This document shows, piece after piece, positions 9,658 to 18,048 of a DNA stretch of 64,000 nt. Within the stretch, counting starts at the first letter, position 1; each line of letters begins with the position of its first letter. Source of the stretch: Proteobacteria bacterium CAG:495. Its GTDB lineage: Bacteria > Pseudomonadota > Alphaproteobacteria > RF32 > CAG-239. Below the pieces are notes generated by a model. It was not told where the DNA came from. It searched no databases and was given only the letters and a program-made list of their open reading frames with translations. The stretch lies in NCBI GenBank assembly GCA_000432275.1, contig HF995314.1, positions 42,313 to 106,312 on the forward strand, in the 5' to 3' direction. The translations under genes were made by a program, and so were the position numbers.

Positions 9658-11565
9658 ATGGTTAGAGTTCCTACTTACGCAAGTTATATGTCGCTGCTGA
9701 ATCAGACGATGAACACCAAGTCCATGCTTGATTTATACAGCTATCAGTCTAATACCGGTATCAAGTCTCCCACTTATGCCGGTTTCGGGATGAGTGCGTA
9801 CAGCATTGTCAGTCTGGAAGCTTCATTGAAAGTCACCAGCAATTTTATGGAAAACAACAAAATTTTAAATACCGAGCTGGAAACGATGAATACGGCGATG
9901 GAATCCGTGTCAAAATCAGTCAGCGACTTTAAAAGTATGCTGAACTCTTTTTCCGGTATGGATTTGGAATCGCTGACTCCGGATTACACCGGCGGCGAAA
10001 TCAGCTTTACCAGCAACGATGACGTTTATCTGGGCAAGACCCTGACCCTTGACGGCATACAGTATACCTTTGCCGACAACGGAAACGGAAACAACATTGA
10101 CATTTCCGGTCTGACACCGGGAAGCGACACTTATGCCCAAGACGTTATGGACGCTCTGAAAGACAAAGTCGGAGCCACCAATCCTGACTTTAAATTTGAA
10201 GACAACAAGTTCAGTTTTCCGTTGTATACGGTGAACGGTTCATCTTCAGTTCTGAACAGCGAAGGCGTTAAAACCGGTGAACCGCATACGATGAGCCAGG
10301 ATCAGTATCAAAGCCTGCAGCAGCTGCAACGCCAAGCTTTTGCCACAATGTTGCAACTGGCTGACAGCCTTAACGTTTCGGCAAACGGAAAATATCTGTT
10401 CGGCGGCGGAGAAGCTTCTGAAGCTCCGGTCAGTTTTCCGTTCACCACACTGGAGGAATTTCAGCAATATTACGACGGGATGAACATCAAGTACCCGACC
10501 AACAGTGCCGCAAACCTGACCAGCCGGGAAACCACCGCCGAAAATACCGGCTCGCTGACCATTCAGAAAACCGAAGGCAATCAGGGAACAATCACCGCAG
10601 AAAAAACCGGCGGATTTCTGACCGAGGTTTTGACGTCCAATGCCGAAAATGCGGGAACCCTCACTTTCAATCAAGACGCCAACACCATTAATGCAACGCA
10701 ATACGGCGCTTTTAATACATTAAAGGCGGGTGACACGCTGGTTCTCGGAAATACCGGAGCCAACAACGGCGCTTATGTCATCAAATCAATTTCCGCCGAC
10801 GGCAAAACCATTACGCTGGAAGACAGCACCCCGCTGAAAGCCGACGAGACAGCCGGAGACGGCGTAAAATTCAGTACGTCGTACCCAATCGGTTCCGTGA
10901 TTGAAATGGACGGGTTTGACAAGAACATCGCTACTCAGGTTCAGGTTACCGGAATCAGTGATGACGGAACCACCCTTTACATTACGGCGGACCCCAACCG
11001 TCTGCCGGAAACGGCAACAACGGTTCAGGCATCCAGCAAGTGGAGCATGAGTTCGGAATCATATTATAAGGGCGGCAATCTGACATCAGAACGGCGAATT
11101 TCGAACAATCAATCGATTACAATGGACATTACCGCCAACAATCCGGCCTTTGAAAAGCTGTTTCGCGCGCTCGGACAGATTGCGCAGGGCAATGTTGTCG
11201 ATACCCGTAATCCGGCTGACGATTTTGACGGACTTATCAATGACCAGAACCCGGTTGACATTGTCGACGAAGCCGTCAAGCTCATTCAGGATGCTGTTTA
11301 CAGCGGCGGCAACACTACCGGCGAACTCAATCCAGATTTGTATACGGTAACGGCCAAAATAAGTTCTAACGCCGTTTTGCTGAAAACCAGCGACAGTAAT
11401 TTAAAGTTGGTTGAAAACAATCTGGAAAGCAGCGTAAGCGATTTGAAAAACGTAGACCAGACCGAAGCAGCCGTAAAAGCTTTGATGGCATTGAACAATT
11501 TGAACGCTTCTTATCAGATGCTCAACAGTATTTTGAATACTTCGCTCCTGAACTACTTGAAGTAA
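9658..11565 (+). CDS. flgL: flagellar hook-associated protein 3 FlgL (long form, 635 aa)
   Basis: Follows flgK. Flagellin-like N-terminal helix and C-terminal helix (ALMALNNLNASYQMLNSILNTS) with a long variable central insert. Confidence 0.75.
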   Translation: MVRVPTYASYMSLLNQTMNTKSMLDLYSYQSNTGIKSPTYAGFGMSAYSIVSLEASLKVTSNFMENNKILNTELETMNTAMESVSKSVSDFKSMLNSFSGMDLESLTPDYTGGEISFTSNDDVYLGKTLTLDGIQYTFADNGNGNNIDISGLTPGSDTYAQDVMDALKDKVGATNPDFKFEDNKFSFPLYTVNGSSSVLNSEGVKTGEPHTMSQDQYQSLQQLQRQAFATMLQLADSLNVSANGKYLFGGGEASEAPVSFPFTTLEEFQQYYDGMNIKYPTNSAANLTSRETTAENTGSLTIQKTEGNQGTITAEKTGGFLTEVLTSNAENAGTLTFNQDANTINATQYGAFNTLKAGDTLVLGNTGANNGAYVIKSISADGKTITLEDSTPLKADETAGDGVKFSTSYPIGSVIEMDGFDKNIATQVQVTGISDDGTTLYITADPNRLPETATTVQASSKWSMSSESYYKGGNLTSERRISNNQSITMDITANNPAFEKLFRALGQIAQGNVVDTRNPADDFDGLINDQNPVDIVDEAVKLIQDAVYSGGNTTGELNPDLYTVTAKISSNAVLLKTSDSNLKLVENNLESSVSDLKNVDQTEAAVKALMALNNLNASYQMLNSILNTSLLNYLK

Positions 11566-11588
11566 GACAAAGGGCTGACTACTTATAA

Positions 11589-11615
11589 AAGGAGGATTTT
11601 GTCCTCCTTTTTTTG
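11589..11615 (+). terminator. rho-independent terminator after flgL
   Basis: GGAGGA / TCCTCC stem followed by a T7 run. Confidence 0.6.
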
Positions 11616-11641
11616 TTACAGTGTTACACGAAAGCAAGCCT

Positions 11642-11676
11642 AAAAAAACACCTCCGTTACCGGAGGTGTTTTTTCT
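11642..11676. terminator. bidirectional rho-independent terminator (flgL operon and giant Cys-rich gene)
   Basis: 9-bp perfect stem ACACCTCCG / CGGAGGTGT with a TTAC loop, flanked by A7 on one side and T6 on the other. It lies directly 3' of the minus-strand stop at 11677. Confidence 0.7.
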
Positions 11677-14600
11677 TTACAGGCACTTGATATATTGCCA
11701 ATTGGTCGAGGTTGAGGTTTTGCAAACCAGAGCCGTCGTATTCGGACAAGAGGACGACGAGTAGCTCGGACCGTCACATTTACAATATTTTCCGTAAGTG
11801 ACGTTGGTCTCTTTATCTACGCAGACATCACTTTCATCCAGCCCCAGAATTGATCCGCAGGATGCCGGCGTAAATGTCGGATCGCTTCCGGATACCGGTT
11901 TGGAACGTTCAGAACAGACAATGTTCCCGGAGGCGCCTGCAACCTCAGAAGTATTGATATTTTTGCAGGTTGCGTCGGTTTTGTTATAAGCTGTGGGACA
12001 ACGGCAAACCTTATAACGGGTTTCAGTCGCGCCTCCGGCAAATTCAAAGGTTTTGCCATCGCTGAGTTCATTGGGTTCCGGACAATTTTCGCGGGTATAT
12101 TTCCAGGTACTTTCAATGTCAGCTTTGGGATACAGACAGGCATATTTTGTCGGCTGGTCGCATCCGGGACTGCAAGTGCTGTAGTTTTTGGGATGACCGC
12201 ATTGTCCGACAATAGCCGAAAGACTGGCAATGCTGTATGACGAACAGTCTGCCGGAACACACGGCTCCGGTTCCGGCTCGGGACAAGAGCCTGCAACATA
12301 TTTGGTCGACTTGGAGCCGTCGGCATTAATCGACGTGCAGGAATCCGCACCGGGCTGAATATTGGAGGTACAGGTTACCGTATATGAGCTGCCGCACAGA
12401 CAAGCCTTATAGCGTGTGACAGACTCTCCGTCGACCGTCGTCGTACAGCCGTTGGATAATGTATATTTGGCCGCATTGTTGGCGTCGTCTCCGTCATCGG
12501 TTCCGTCGCATTTGTACTTATAGGCTTCACCGCAACCGCAGCTTTTGTACTTTTGAGTCTGAACCTTCTGATTTCCGACATATTTTATCTCGGTGCAAAC
12601 CTCGCTCTTATCCGTGGGAATAGCTCCGGTTTCGGCACAGGTTTTAGAATACTCGTCTCCGCAGACGCAGGATTTGTAATAAGTTACGGTATCACCATCG
12701 GCATTGGTGGTTTGGCAGGCGTCATCTTCTGACCCCGGAGACTGGCCGTTGCCGTCACAAGTTTCGGAATACTGACTGCCGCATTCGCATTTGGAATAGA
12801 CGGTCTCCCCGCTTTCTCCCGTTGCCAGCAGCGGCGTACAGGGCGTACCCTTGACGTTTTTGGCGGGACATTGCAGATAATTTGCCGGGCATTTGCATTC
12901 CTTGAAAAGTTTGCTGCCGTTTTCGTCAATGCAGAAATCCTCACCCAGAGCGTCGGCCTGATAGCCGGAGCAGACATATTTATAGCCGTTGGCCTTGCAA
13001 TCTTTCGTATCCTGACATTCGGCGTATTTGGTGGTACCGTCCGAACTGGTACAGCTGCGCCCCATGCCCACCTGCTGTTTGGTACAGGTTTTGTAAATGC
13101 TTTCTTCGTCTTCGGTACAGGTATTTTCACCGGTACAGGCACTGTAAACCGTACCTCGTTCATTATCTACGCAGGTAGTGGCATTTTCGGCCGGAGAAGT
13201 TGAACTGCAACTGGTGTAGTTGGCCGGACAACGGCATTTATACATCATCTGATTGTCTTCTCCGAGGCACGGATCATATTTTTCCTGATTAGCGGCGCAA
13301 GCCTTTTGATGCTGATCGCTGCAGGCTGCCGCAGGTTTGGTACAGGACTGATAATAGGACACGCCGTCGACAACACAGGCCGAACCAACGCCGGTTTCAC
13401 CGTCTCCGCAGACTTTGTTATAGCCGGAGGCGCAGGTACAGCTTTCAAAATAAATCTTGTCGTTTTTGGTGCAGGGGTTAACGCCAACCTGCAAGGGATC
13501 GTTACAAGTCAGGTATTCGCCTTTGATGCACTCGCTTTGGGCTTTGCAGCTTTCATAGTAGTTTTCGCCGTTCAGAGAACAGGGCTTGCCCTCGCCAACC
13601 TGATTGGAAGAACATTTGCTCCAGCCGTCAGGACACTTACAGCTTTTATAGGCATAAATTTCACCCTGGTTATCCTGACAGGGGTCTACGCCTATCTGGA
13701 AATCGCCCTTGCATTGCTCGGTGTGCTGCCAGGTACACTGGCTGGCTTCACACTGGTAGTATTTTCCGCCGCAGCCGTTAGGTTTGGTGACGCCGGTCGG
13801 CTTGGCTCCGCCGGGACAGCCGTAATAATTGTCAACCCAGTTTTCCGGCAGTTCGTCTTTTTTGCATTCGCAGGCCTGATATTTGCCGTTGCAGGGTTCG
13901 CCAACGCCGACATACCGTTCTCCGTCGCAAACCTGATTGTAGTCTTCGGAACATTCACAGTAAGCGAAGAACTTCAGGCTGGTGACGCCGGCGGGAATGG
14001 TTCCGTCATTGTTTTCCGACGTAACCTCCTGCTCGCAGCCGCCGCCGTTTAACAGTCCGGCACAATTGTAGCGGTGATATTTATAGGCGGAATGACATTT
14101 GCACTCTTTATAGTAGCGTTTGCCGTTAATAACAATGCTGCCGCCGCCGAGAATGTGTCTGACCGGGCAGTTGTCGTCGGTCCACTTATATTCGCCGGGG
14201 TTAAAGTAGCAGTTAAAGCGGCGGATGTCGGGATCGTTGCGGTCTTCACACAAACGGGCTTCGGCACCGTCGCCGAGCTTCTGGCGGCATTCGCTTTCGC
14301 TCTTGGTTACAATAACCTGATAACCGTTGGTGTTGTCACCATCCTGATAACACTTTTCAAAGCTTCCGACTTTGCACATTCCCGTCTTATATTGCTTATC
14401 CGGGCTGGGATTGCTTGAAGCGTCGTATTTTCCGGCATAGCAGTATTTTTCGCCGCTCGGTTCTACCTGCGGATAGCGGCAAACTTCGCTGTAGACGGAA
14501 GTATCGCAGCTGCATTCATAATACGAAGTCGTTTCGTTGTCCTTGGTACAGGCTATTGCCGTTGCCGCGGTTCCCAACAATGTCTGGCAGGCGCCTTCAG

Positions 14601-16557
14601 AAGTTGCCAGAACGGCGCCCTCATTACATTTGCGCGCTTTACAAGACTGATAGTAGGTTATGCCGTCCACGGAACAAGCCGGGTGTTCGGCATCTACAAC
14701 CGGAGACAGATTATCTTCGCTGTCACAGGTCAGACGGCTGTCATAGGCGGAAGGACAATAACATTTATTGCGAATGACATGGTTGTCGCTGCATTGTTCA
14801 TAAACGGCACCCTGCCCCAGCTCCCACTGGCAGGCGCGATTATCGGAGATATCGTCTTCCATAATCGTGCCGTTGGACGACCCGCTGCTCGGCAACAGGC
14901 TGCACTTGGGATAACAATACTGATACTTGGTTTTGGCATAGGTTTCGCCCTCAAGCTGGCACATAAAACCGGTGCCTTCCTTATTGGCGGCGGCACACTG
15001 GGAATCAGTCAGATAGCTGGCCGGGCAATCGCAATAATAACGAACGTTCTCTTCCAAGGCCTGTCCGTTGGCATAACAGGTTTTGACATTAATTCCCTTA
15101 ACCCCGTCAAACGAGCAGGCATCTTCCGTGTAAAACAACGGGCGGTCCGCAGGACATCCCTCTTCATAGCTTTTAAACTTGGCATCGCCGTCATAAGTAC
15201 AAACTTCTCCGACACCGACTGCGGTATCAGAAGGAACTGCAGTGTAAGTGGAAGGACATCCGCATTCATAACGAACCTGCCCGTTGGTAACGCATACGGT
15301 TGTCGTTGCAGCATCTTCGCCTACTTTCGGACAACCGTCGGCAGTATCTACAACAGGACGGGCTGCCGTGTTAATACGACAATTTTTAGCGCAGGTTTCA
15401 TAATAGGTTTTACCCTGTTCCTGAACCTTACAACTGTCTCCGCCGCCGGCTTCGCCCTCGCCGCAGACTGAAAACGTATTGGGGCATTCGCACATATATT
15501 TGATTGTGGCAGGTTCGTCAGCCATATAGCACTGGGTTGCCGTAGTTGCGGTACCGCCCACCGTCTGACATTCAGCCATACTGTCCACCAATACCATATT
15601 TTCGTCACACTGAATAGCGCTGCGATTCAGCATACAGGCGGCATATTTTTCGCCACCGTCAAAAGTACAGGCCTGACCACCGCCCAAATTTCCGGGACAA
15701 ACGGTATAGTTTTCCGGACAGCTGCAACGATAACGCAGGCTTTGATCCGGCATAACGCACAAGACGGCATTCGGGGTATCAAAACTGTTTACCTTACATT
15801 CATCAATATTGGATTTAACGCTGCCGGCGGCAATATCCTCCTGAGAACAAGGTGCCGCGCAGATGTTTTTAACAATTCCGTCATAGTTGCAGGTGCTGAC
15901 GGCCGTCTGACCCGCGGGGCAGGCTCCTTCGGTATAATCCAAATCGGTAGGACAACTGCAGCTGTAAGAAGCCTTTTCGGCAAATTCTTCGGTAAAGCAC
16001 AAACCAGAATCAACGATGTTGTCTACAATTTTGCTGCAGGCTCCGGCTTCGTTCAACAACACAAAGTCCGAAGAGCATTCGGCATCTTCACTGGAAGTGT
16101 CGTTACCCTTGAAGCTACAGCACTGAGTTGCCGCGGCAGAGCAATCAGAGACTTTTTTCTTATTGTCATCGGCACAATAATCATAGGTATAAGAAAGCGG
16201 CGTTCCCTCGCTGCACAGCCCGGTCGCCTCATCGGTGATGAAAGTTCCCAGTCCCAGACAGCTGCTGTTAATTACAGCTCCCGAACTTTTGAACTGACAG
16301 CACATCTGAGTATCATTGCCGCATTTGTTTTTAAGCATAAAACTGTCGGCACAGTAATACGAAGCGTCTTCCTGACAGGTTCCGTCGGCGTTTACCTTGA
16401 ACGGTTCGTCAATACAGTCATATTTTGAACCATCCTTTTGGCGACAGCACTCTCGCCCGATAACATAACGGTTGTAATCATCACCGCTCTCGTTATCGGC
16501 AGCCAAAGGAGTTGCTTCGACCGCCCACGGAGAAATCGGGGGACTGATGCGCGACAA
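11677..16557 (-). CDS. giant Cys-rich repeat protein, C-terminal 1,626-aa fragment (frame open upstream to 16611; listed start is TTG inside a duplication)
   Basis: About 1 in 10 residues is Cys by eye. About 20 copies of the Y-x2-C-x-C-[PG]-x2-Y-x3-C module. No signal peptide of its own. Confidence 0.7.
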   Translation of the reverse strand: MSRISPPISPWAVEATPLAADNESGDDYNRYVIGRECCRQKDGSKYDCIDEPFKVNADGTCQEDASYYCADSFMLKNKCGNDTQMCCQFKSSGAVINSSCLGLGTFITDEATGLCSEGTPLSYTYDYCADDNKKKVSDCSAAATQCCSFKGNDTSSEDAECSSDFVLLNEAGACSKIVDNIVDSGLCFTEEFAEKASYSCSCPTDLDYTEGACPAGQTAVSTCNYDGIVKNICAAPCSQEDIAAGSVKSNIDECKVNSFDTPNAVLCVMPDQSLRYRCSCPENYTVCPGNLGGGQACTFDGGEKYAACMLNRSAIQCDENMVLVDSMAECQTVGGTATTATQCYMADEPATIKYMCECPNTFSVCGEGEAGGGDSCKVQEQGKTYYETCAKNCRINTAARPVVDTADGCPKVGEDAATTTVCVTNGQVRYECGCPSTYTAVPSDTAVGVGEVCTYDGDAKFKSYEEGCPADRPLFYTEDACSFDGVKGINVKTCYANGQALEENVRYYCDCPASYLTDSQCAAANKEGTGFMCQLEGETYAKTKYQYCYPKCSLLPSSGSSNGTIMEDDISDNRACQWELGQGAVYEQCSDNHVIRNKCYCPSAYDSRLTCDSEDNLSPVVDAEHPACSVDGITYYQSCKARKCNEGAVLATSEGACQTLLGTAATAIACTKDNETTSYYECSCDTSVYSEVCRYPQVEPSGEKYCYAGKYDASSNPSPDKQYKTGMCKVGSFEKCYQDGDNTNGYQVIVTKSESECRQKLGDGAEARLCEDRNDPDIRRFNCYFNPGEYKWTDDNCPVRHILGGGSIVINGKRYYKECKCHSAYKYHRYNCAGLLNGGGCEQEVTSENNDGTIPAGVTSLKFFAYCECSEDYNQVCDGERYVGVGEPCNGKYQACECKKDELPENWVDNYYGCPGGAKPTGVTKPNGCGGKYYQCEASQCTWQHTEQCKGDFQIGVDPCQDNQGEIYAYKSCKCPDGWSKCSSNQVGEGKPCSLNGENYYESCKAQSECIKGEYLTCNDPLQVGVNPCTKNDKIYFESCTCASGYNKVCGDGETGVGSACVVDGVSYYQSCTKPAAACSDQHQKACAANQEKYDPCLGEDNQMMYKCRCPANYTSCSSTSPAENATTCVDNERGTVYSACTGENTCTEDEESIYKTCTKQQVGMGRSCTSSDGTTKYAECQDTKDCKANGYKYVCSGYQADALGEDFCIDENGSKLFKECKCPANYLQCPAKNVKGTPCTPLLATGESGETVYSKCECGSQYSETCDGNGQSPGSEDDACQTTNADGDTVTYYKSCVCGDEYSKTCAETGAIPTDKSEVCTEIKYVGNQKVQTQKYKSCGCGEAYKYKCDGTDDGDDANNAAKYTLSNGCTTTVDGESVTRYKACLCGSSYTVTCTSNIQPGADSCTSINADGSKSTKYVAGSCPEPEPEPCVPADCSSYSIASLSAIVGQCGHPKNYSTCSPGCDQPTKYACLYPKADIESTWKYTRENCPEPNELSDGKTFEFAGGATETRYKVCRCPTAYNKTDATCKNINTSEVAGASGNIVCSERSKPVSGSDPTFTPASCGSILGLDESDVCVDKETNVTYGKYCKCDGPSYSSSSCPNTTALVCKTSTSTNWQYIKCL

Positions 16558-17848
16558 CGCCCATCGGGGTACTGATGCGCGACAACGCCTGGTTCGTTTC
16601 CTCCAACTCGGTCAAACATAAATGATAACTGCCGCGGACCGTCTTATCTCCGGCACATTCAGGCAGGCAAAGCTGATATTTGACATCAAGAGTGCGGGCC
16701 GAATTGCAGGTCCGTCCTCCGGCAACATATCCGACCGGGCAATCGCTCCGGCTTACGTAAGCGTCTTCTCCGTCCGCCGTTTGCGGGCAGCCGCAGTACT
16801 GAACCAACCGGTTATCGGAAATTACGCTTCCCTCAAGGACGCAGGTGTTCAGAACATCTCCGGCCATTTCACAGCTGTCGGTGCCTTCGGTTACCCGCGA
16901 CGGGCATTTGAGCTGGCAATATTCATAACGCCCCTGAGCTTCATCAATCAATGTCGCCTGTCCGTTTCGGTATGCGCCGTTCCAAATGCAGGCGCCGTTG
17001 AGCGCCGCTACGGCATAATCCGTTCCCTTAGCCGTTTTGCAGGAGGCTTCCGTATAGGGATAAACCTCTTCGTCGCATGCATATATCGTGCGCAGCTTAC
17101 GAGTGCCGTTGTTCATATTCTCGTAGCAGGAGCCGGCAACTTTGGTTCCCGCGAGCAATGCGGAAGTAGCCGGCGTGTCGTCGCCGAGGGTTTTGTTCAG
17201 TTGCTCCGAAGTACAGGCCGCATAATCACATTTCCAGAGCAAGGCTCCGTTCAGGGAACAACTCAATGCCGTTTTGCCGTCAGCGCAGGCCGGGCGTGAC
17301 GTTTCAGTATAAGAACTGTCGCACTGAAAATACAAATAGGGCGTATCATTACTGCTGCATCGACCGGCCTCGACACCCAAATTGTTGTCTACGTTGGTAT
17401 ACTTCTGAGCAATTGCCGATATTGAGCGGGAAATGGACACGCTGTCAGAGCCGGACACGGCCTCCCCCGTTCCGATGCCGCCGGTACAGGTTTCAAGATA
17501 GGTACAGGTTCCCTTGCTGCCGTCATCACAAAGCGTGTAGCTGACCTTATCGGTATCGACGCCCAAAGCCGTGGCGCAAAGGTTTTTGGCCGCAGCCTCG
17601 CCTCCTTCGGCAGAGATGGTTACCGGGCCGCAGGCAGGGAGATTGGCCCCTTCGTATGTTGACGTATGAGAAGTGTCTTCGTCGTCGGACGTACCGGCAC
17701 TGCCTGCAGAACCGGAGCTTCCGGCATTTTTGACGCTGAAGTTGCTGTTAAACGGAGTGTCCGCAATCGGCGTTACCGCCGCCAAAGCCAGTTCCGCCGC
17801 AGCAAAAAGTGACACTAAAACGAGGAGAATCTTCTTCATTTTCAACAT
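16493..17848 (-). CDS. giant Cys-rich repeat protein, N-terminal 451-aa fragment with signal peptide
   Basis: N-terminus MLKMKKILLVLVSLFAAAELALA (Sec signal), a GSSGSAGSAG linker, and a Cys-rich body containing YCGCPQT. The C-terminus runs into the 28-bp duplication. Confidence 0.7.
   Translation of the reverse strand: MLKMKKILLVLVSLFAAAELALAAVTPIADTPFNSNFSVKNAGSSGSAGSAGTSDDEDTSHTSTYEGANLPACGPVTISAEGGEAAAKNLCATALGVDTDKVSYTLCDDGSKGTCTYLETCTGGIGTGEAVSGSDSVSISRSISAIAQKYTNVDNNLGVEAGRCSSNDTPYLYFQCDSSYTETSRPACADGKTALSCSLNGALLWKCDYAACTSEQLNKTLGDDTPATSALLAGTKVAGSCYENMNNGTRKLRTIYACDEEVYPYTEASCKTAKGTDYAVAALNGACIWNGAYRNGQATLIDEAQGRYEYCQLKCPSRVTEGTDSCEMAGDVLNTCVLEGSVISDNRLVQYCGCPQTADGEDAYVSRSDCPVGYVAGGRTCNSARTLDVKYQLCLPECAGDKTVRGSYHLCLTELEETNQALSRISTPMGVVAHQSPDFSVGGRSNSFGCR
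16534..16589. repeat. 28-bp tandem direct duplication (2 mismatches) at the junction of the two Cys-rich ORFs
   Basis: Copy at 16534-16561 is aatcgggggactgatgcgcgacaacgcc. Copy at 16562-16589 is catcggggtactgatgcgcgacaacgcc. Period 28 = 3n+1. Confidence 0.85.
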
Positions 17849-18007
17849 TAAGGTACCCGTAGTTTGATATTAAAATGCATTTGGTTTTTATCTTAACATT
17901 TTATGAGGTTATTGCAATTGTAAAATAAGTTTTATGATAATTTTCCACAATTTTGGATAAATGGCTGATAAAGCTTATTTTACAATATAAATAATAATAT
18001 TTCGGAT

Positions 18008-18046
18008 AATAAAAAGCCCCTCGAAACGAGAGGCTTTTTTTATTTG
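18008..18046. terminator. weak bidirectional terminator-like hairpin 3' of the RND permease gene
   Basis: GCCCCTCG / CGAGAGGC imperfect stem flanked by A-run and T-run. Confidence 0.35.
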
Positions 18047-18048
18047 GC

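Larger units (their letters stand above)
11677..17848 (-). pseudogene. single gene for a ~2,070-aa secreted Cys-rich protein, frameshifted by a 28-bp tandem duplication (may be switchable or recoded rather than dead)
   Basis: The two fragments lie in adjacent frames. Deleting either copy of the 28-bp repeat fuses them in frame, giving ...TNQALSRIS(T/P)P(M/I)SPWAVEAT... Confidence 0.55.

Noticed and set aside
13306-17299. Several 225-262-aa plus-strand ORFs (13306..14052, 14683..15471, 15742..16428, 16622..17299) antisense to the giant Cys-rich gene
   Set aside because: They have no starts with an RBS, show low-complexity Ala/Gly/Val-rich translations, and all lie inside a strongly supported minus-strand gene. 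Stop-poor antisense frames are a by-product of that gene's codon composition.
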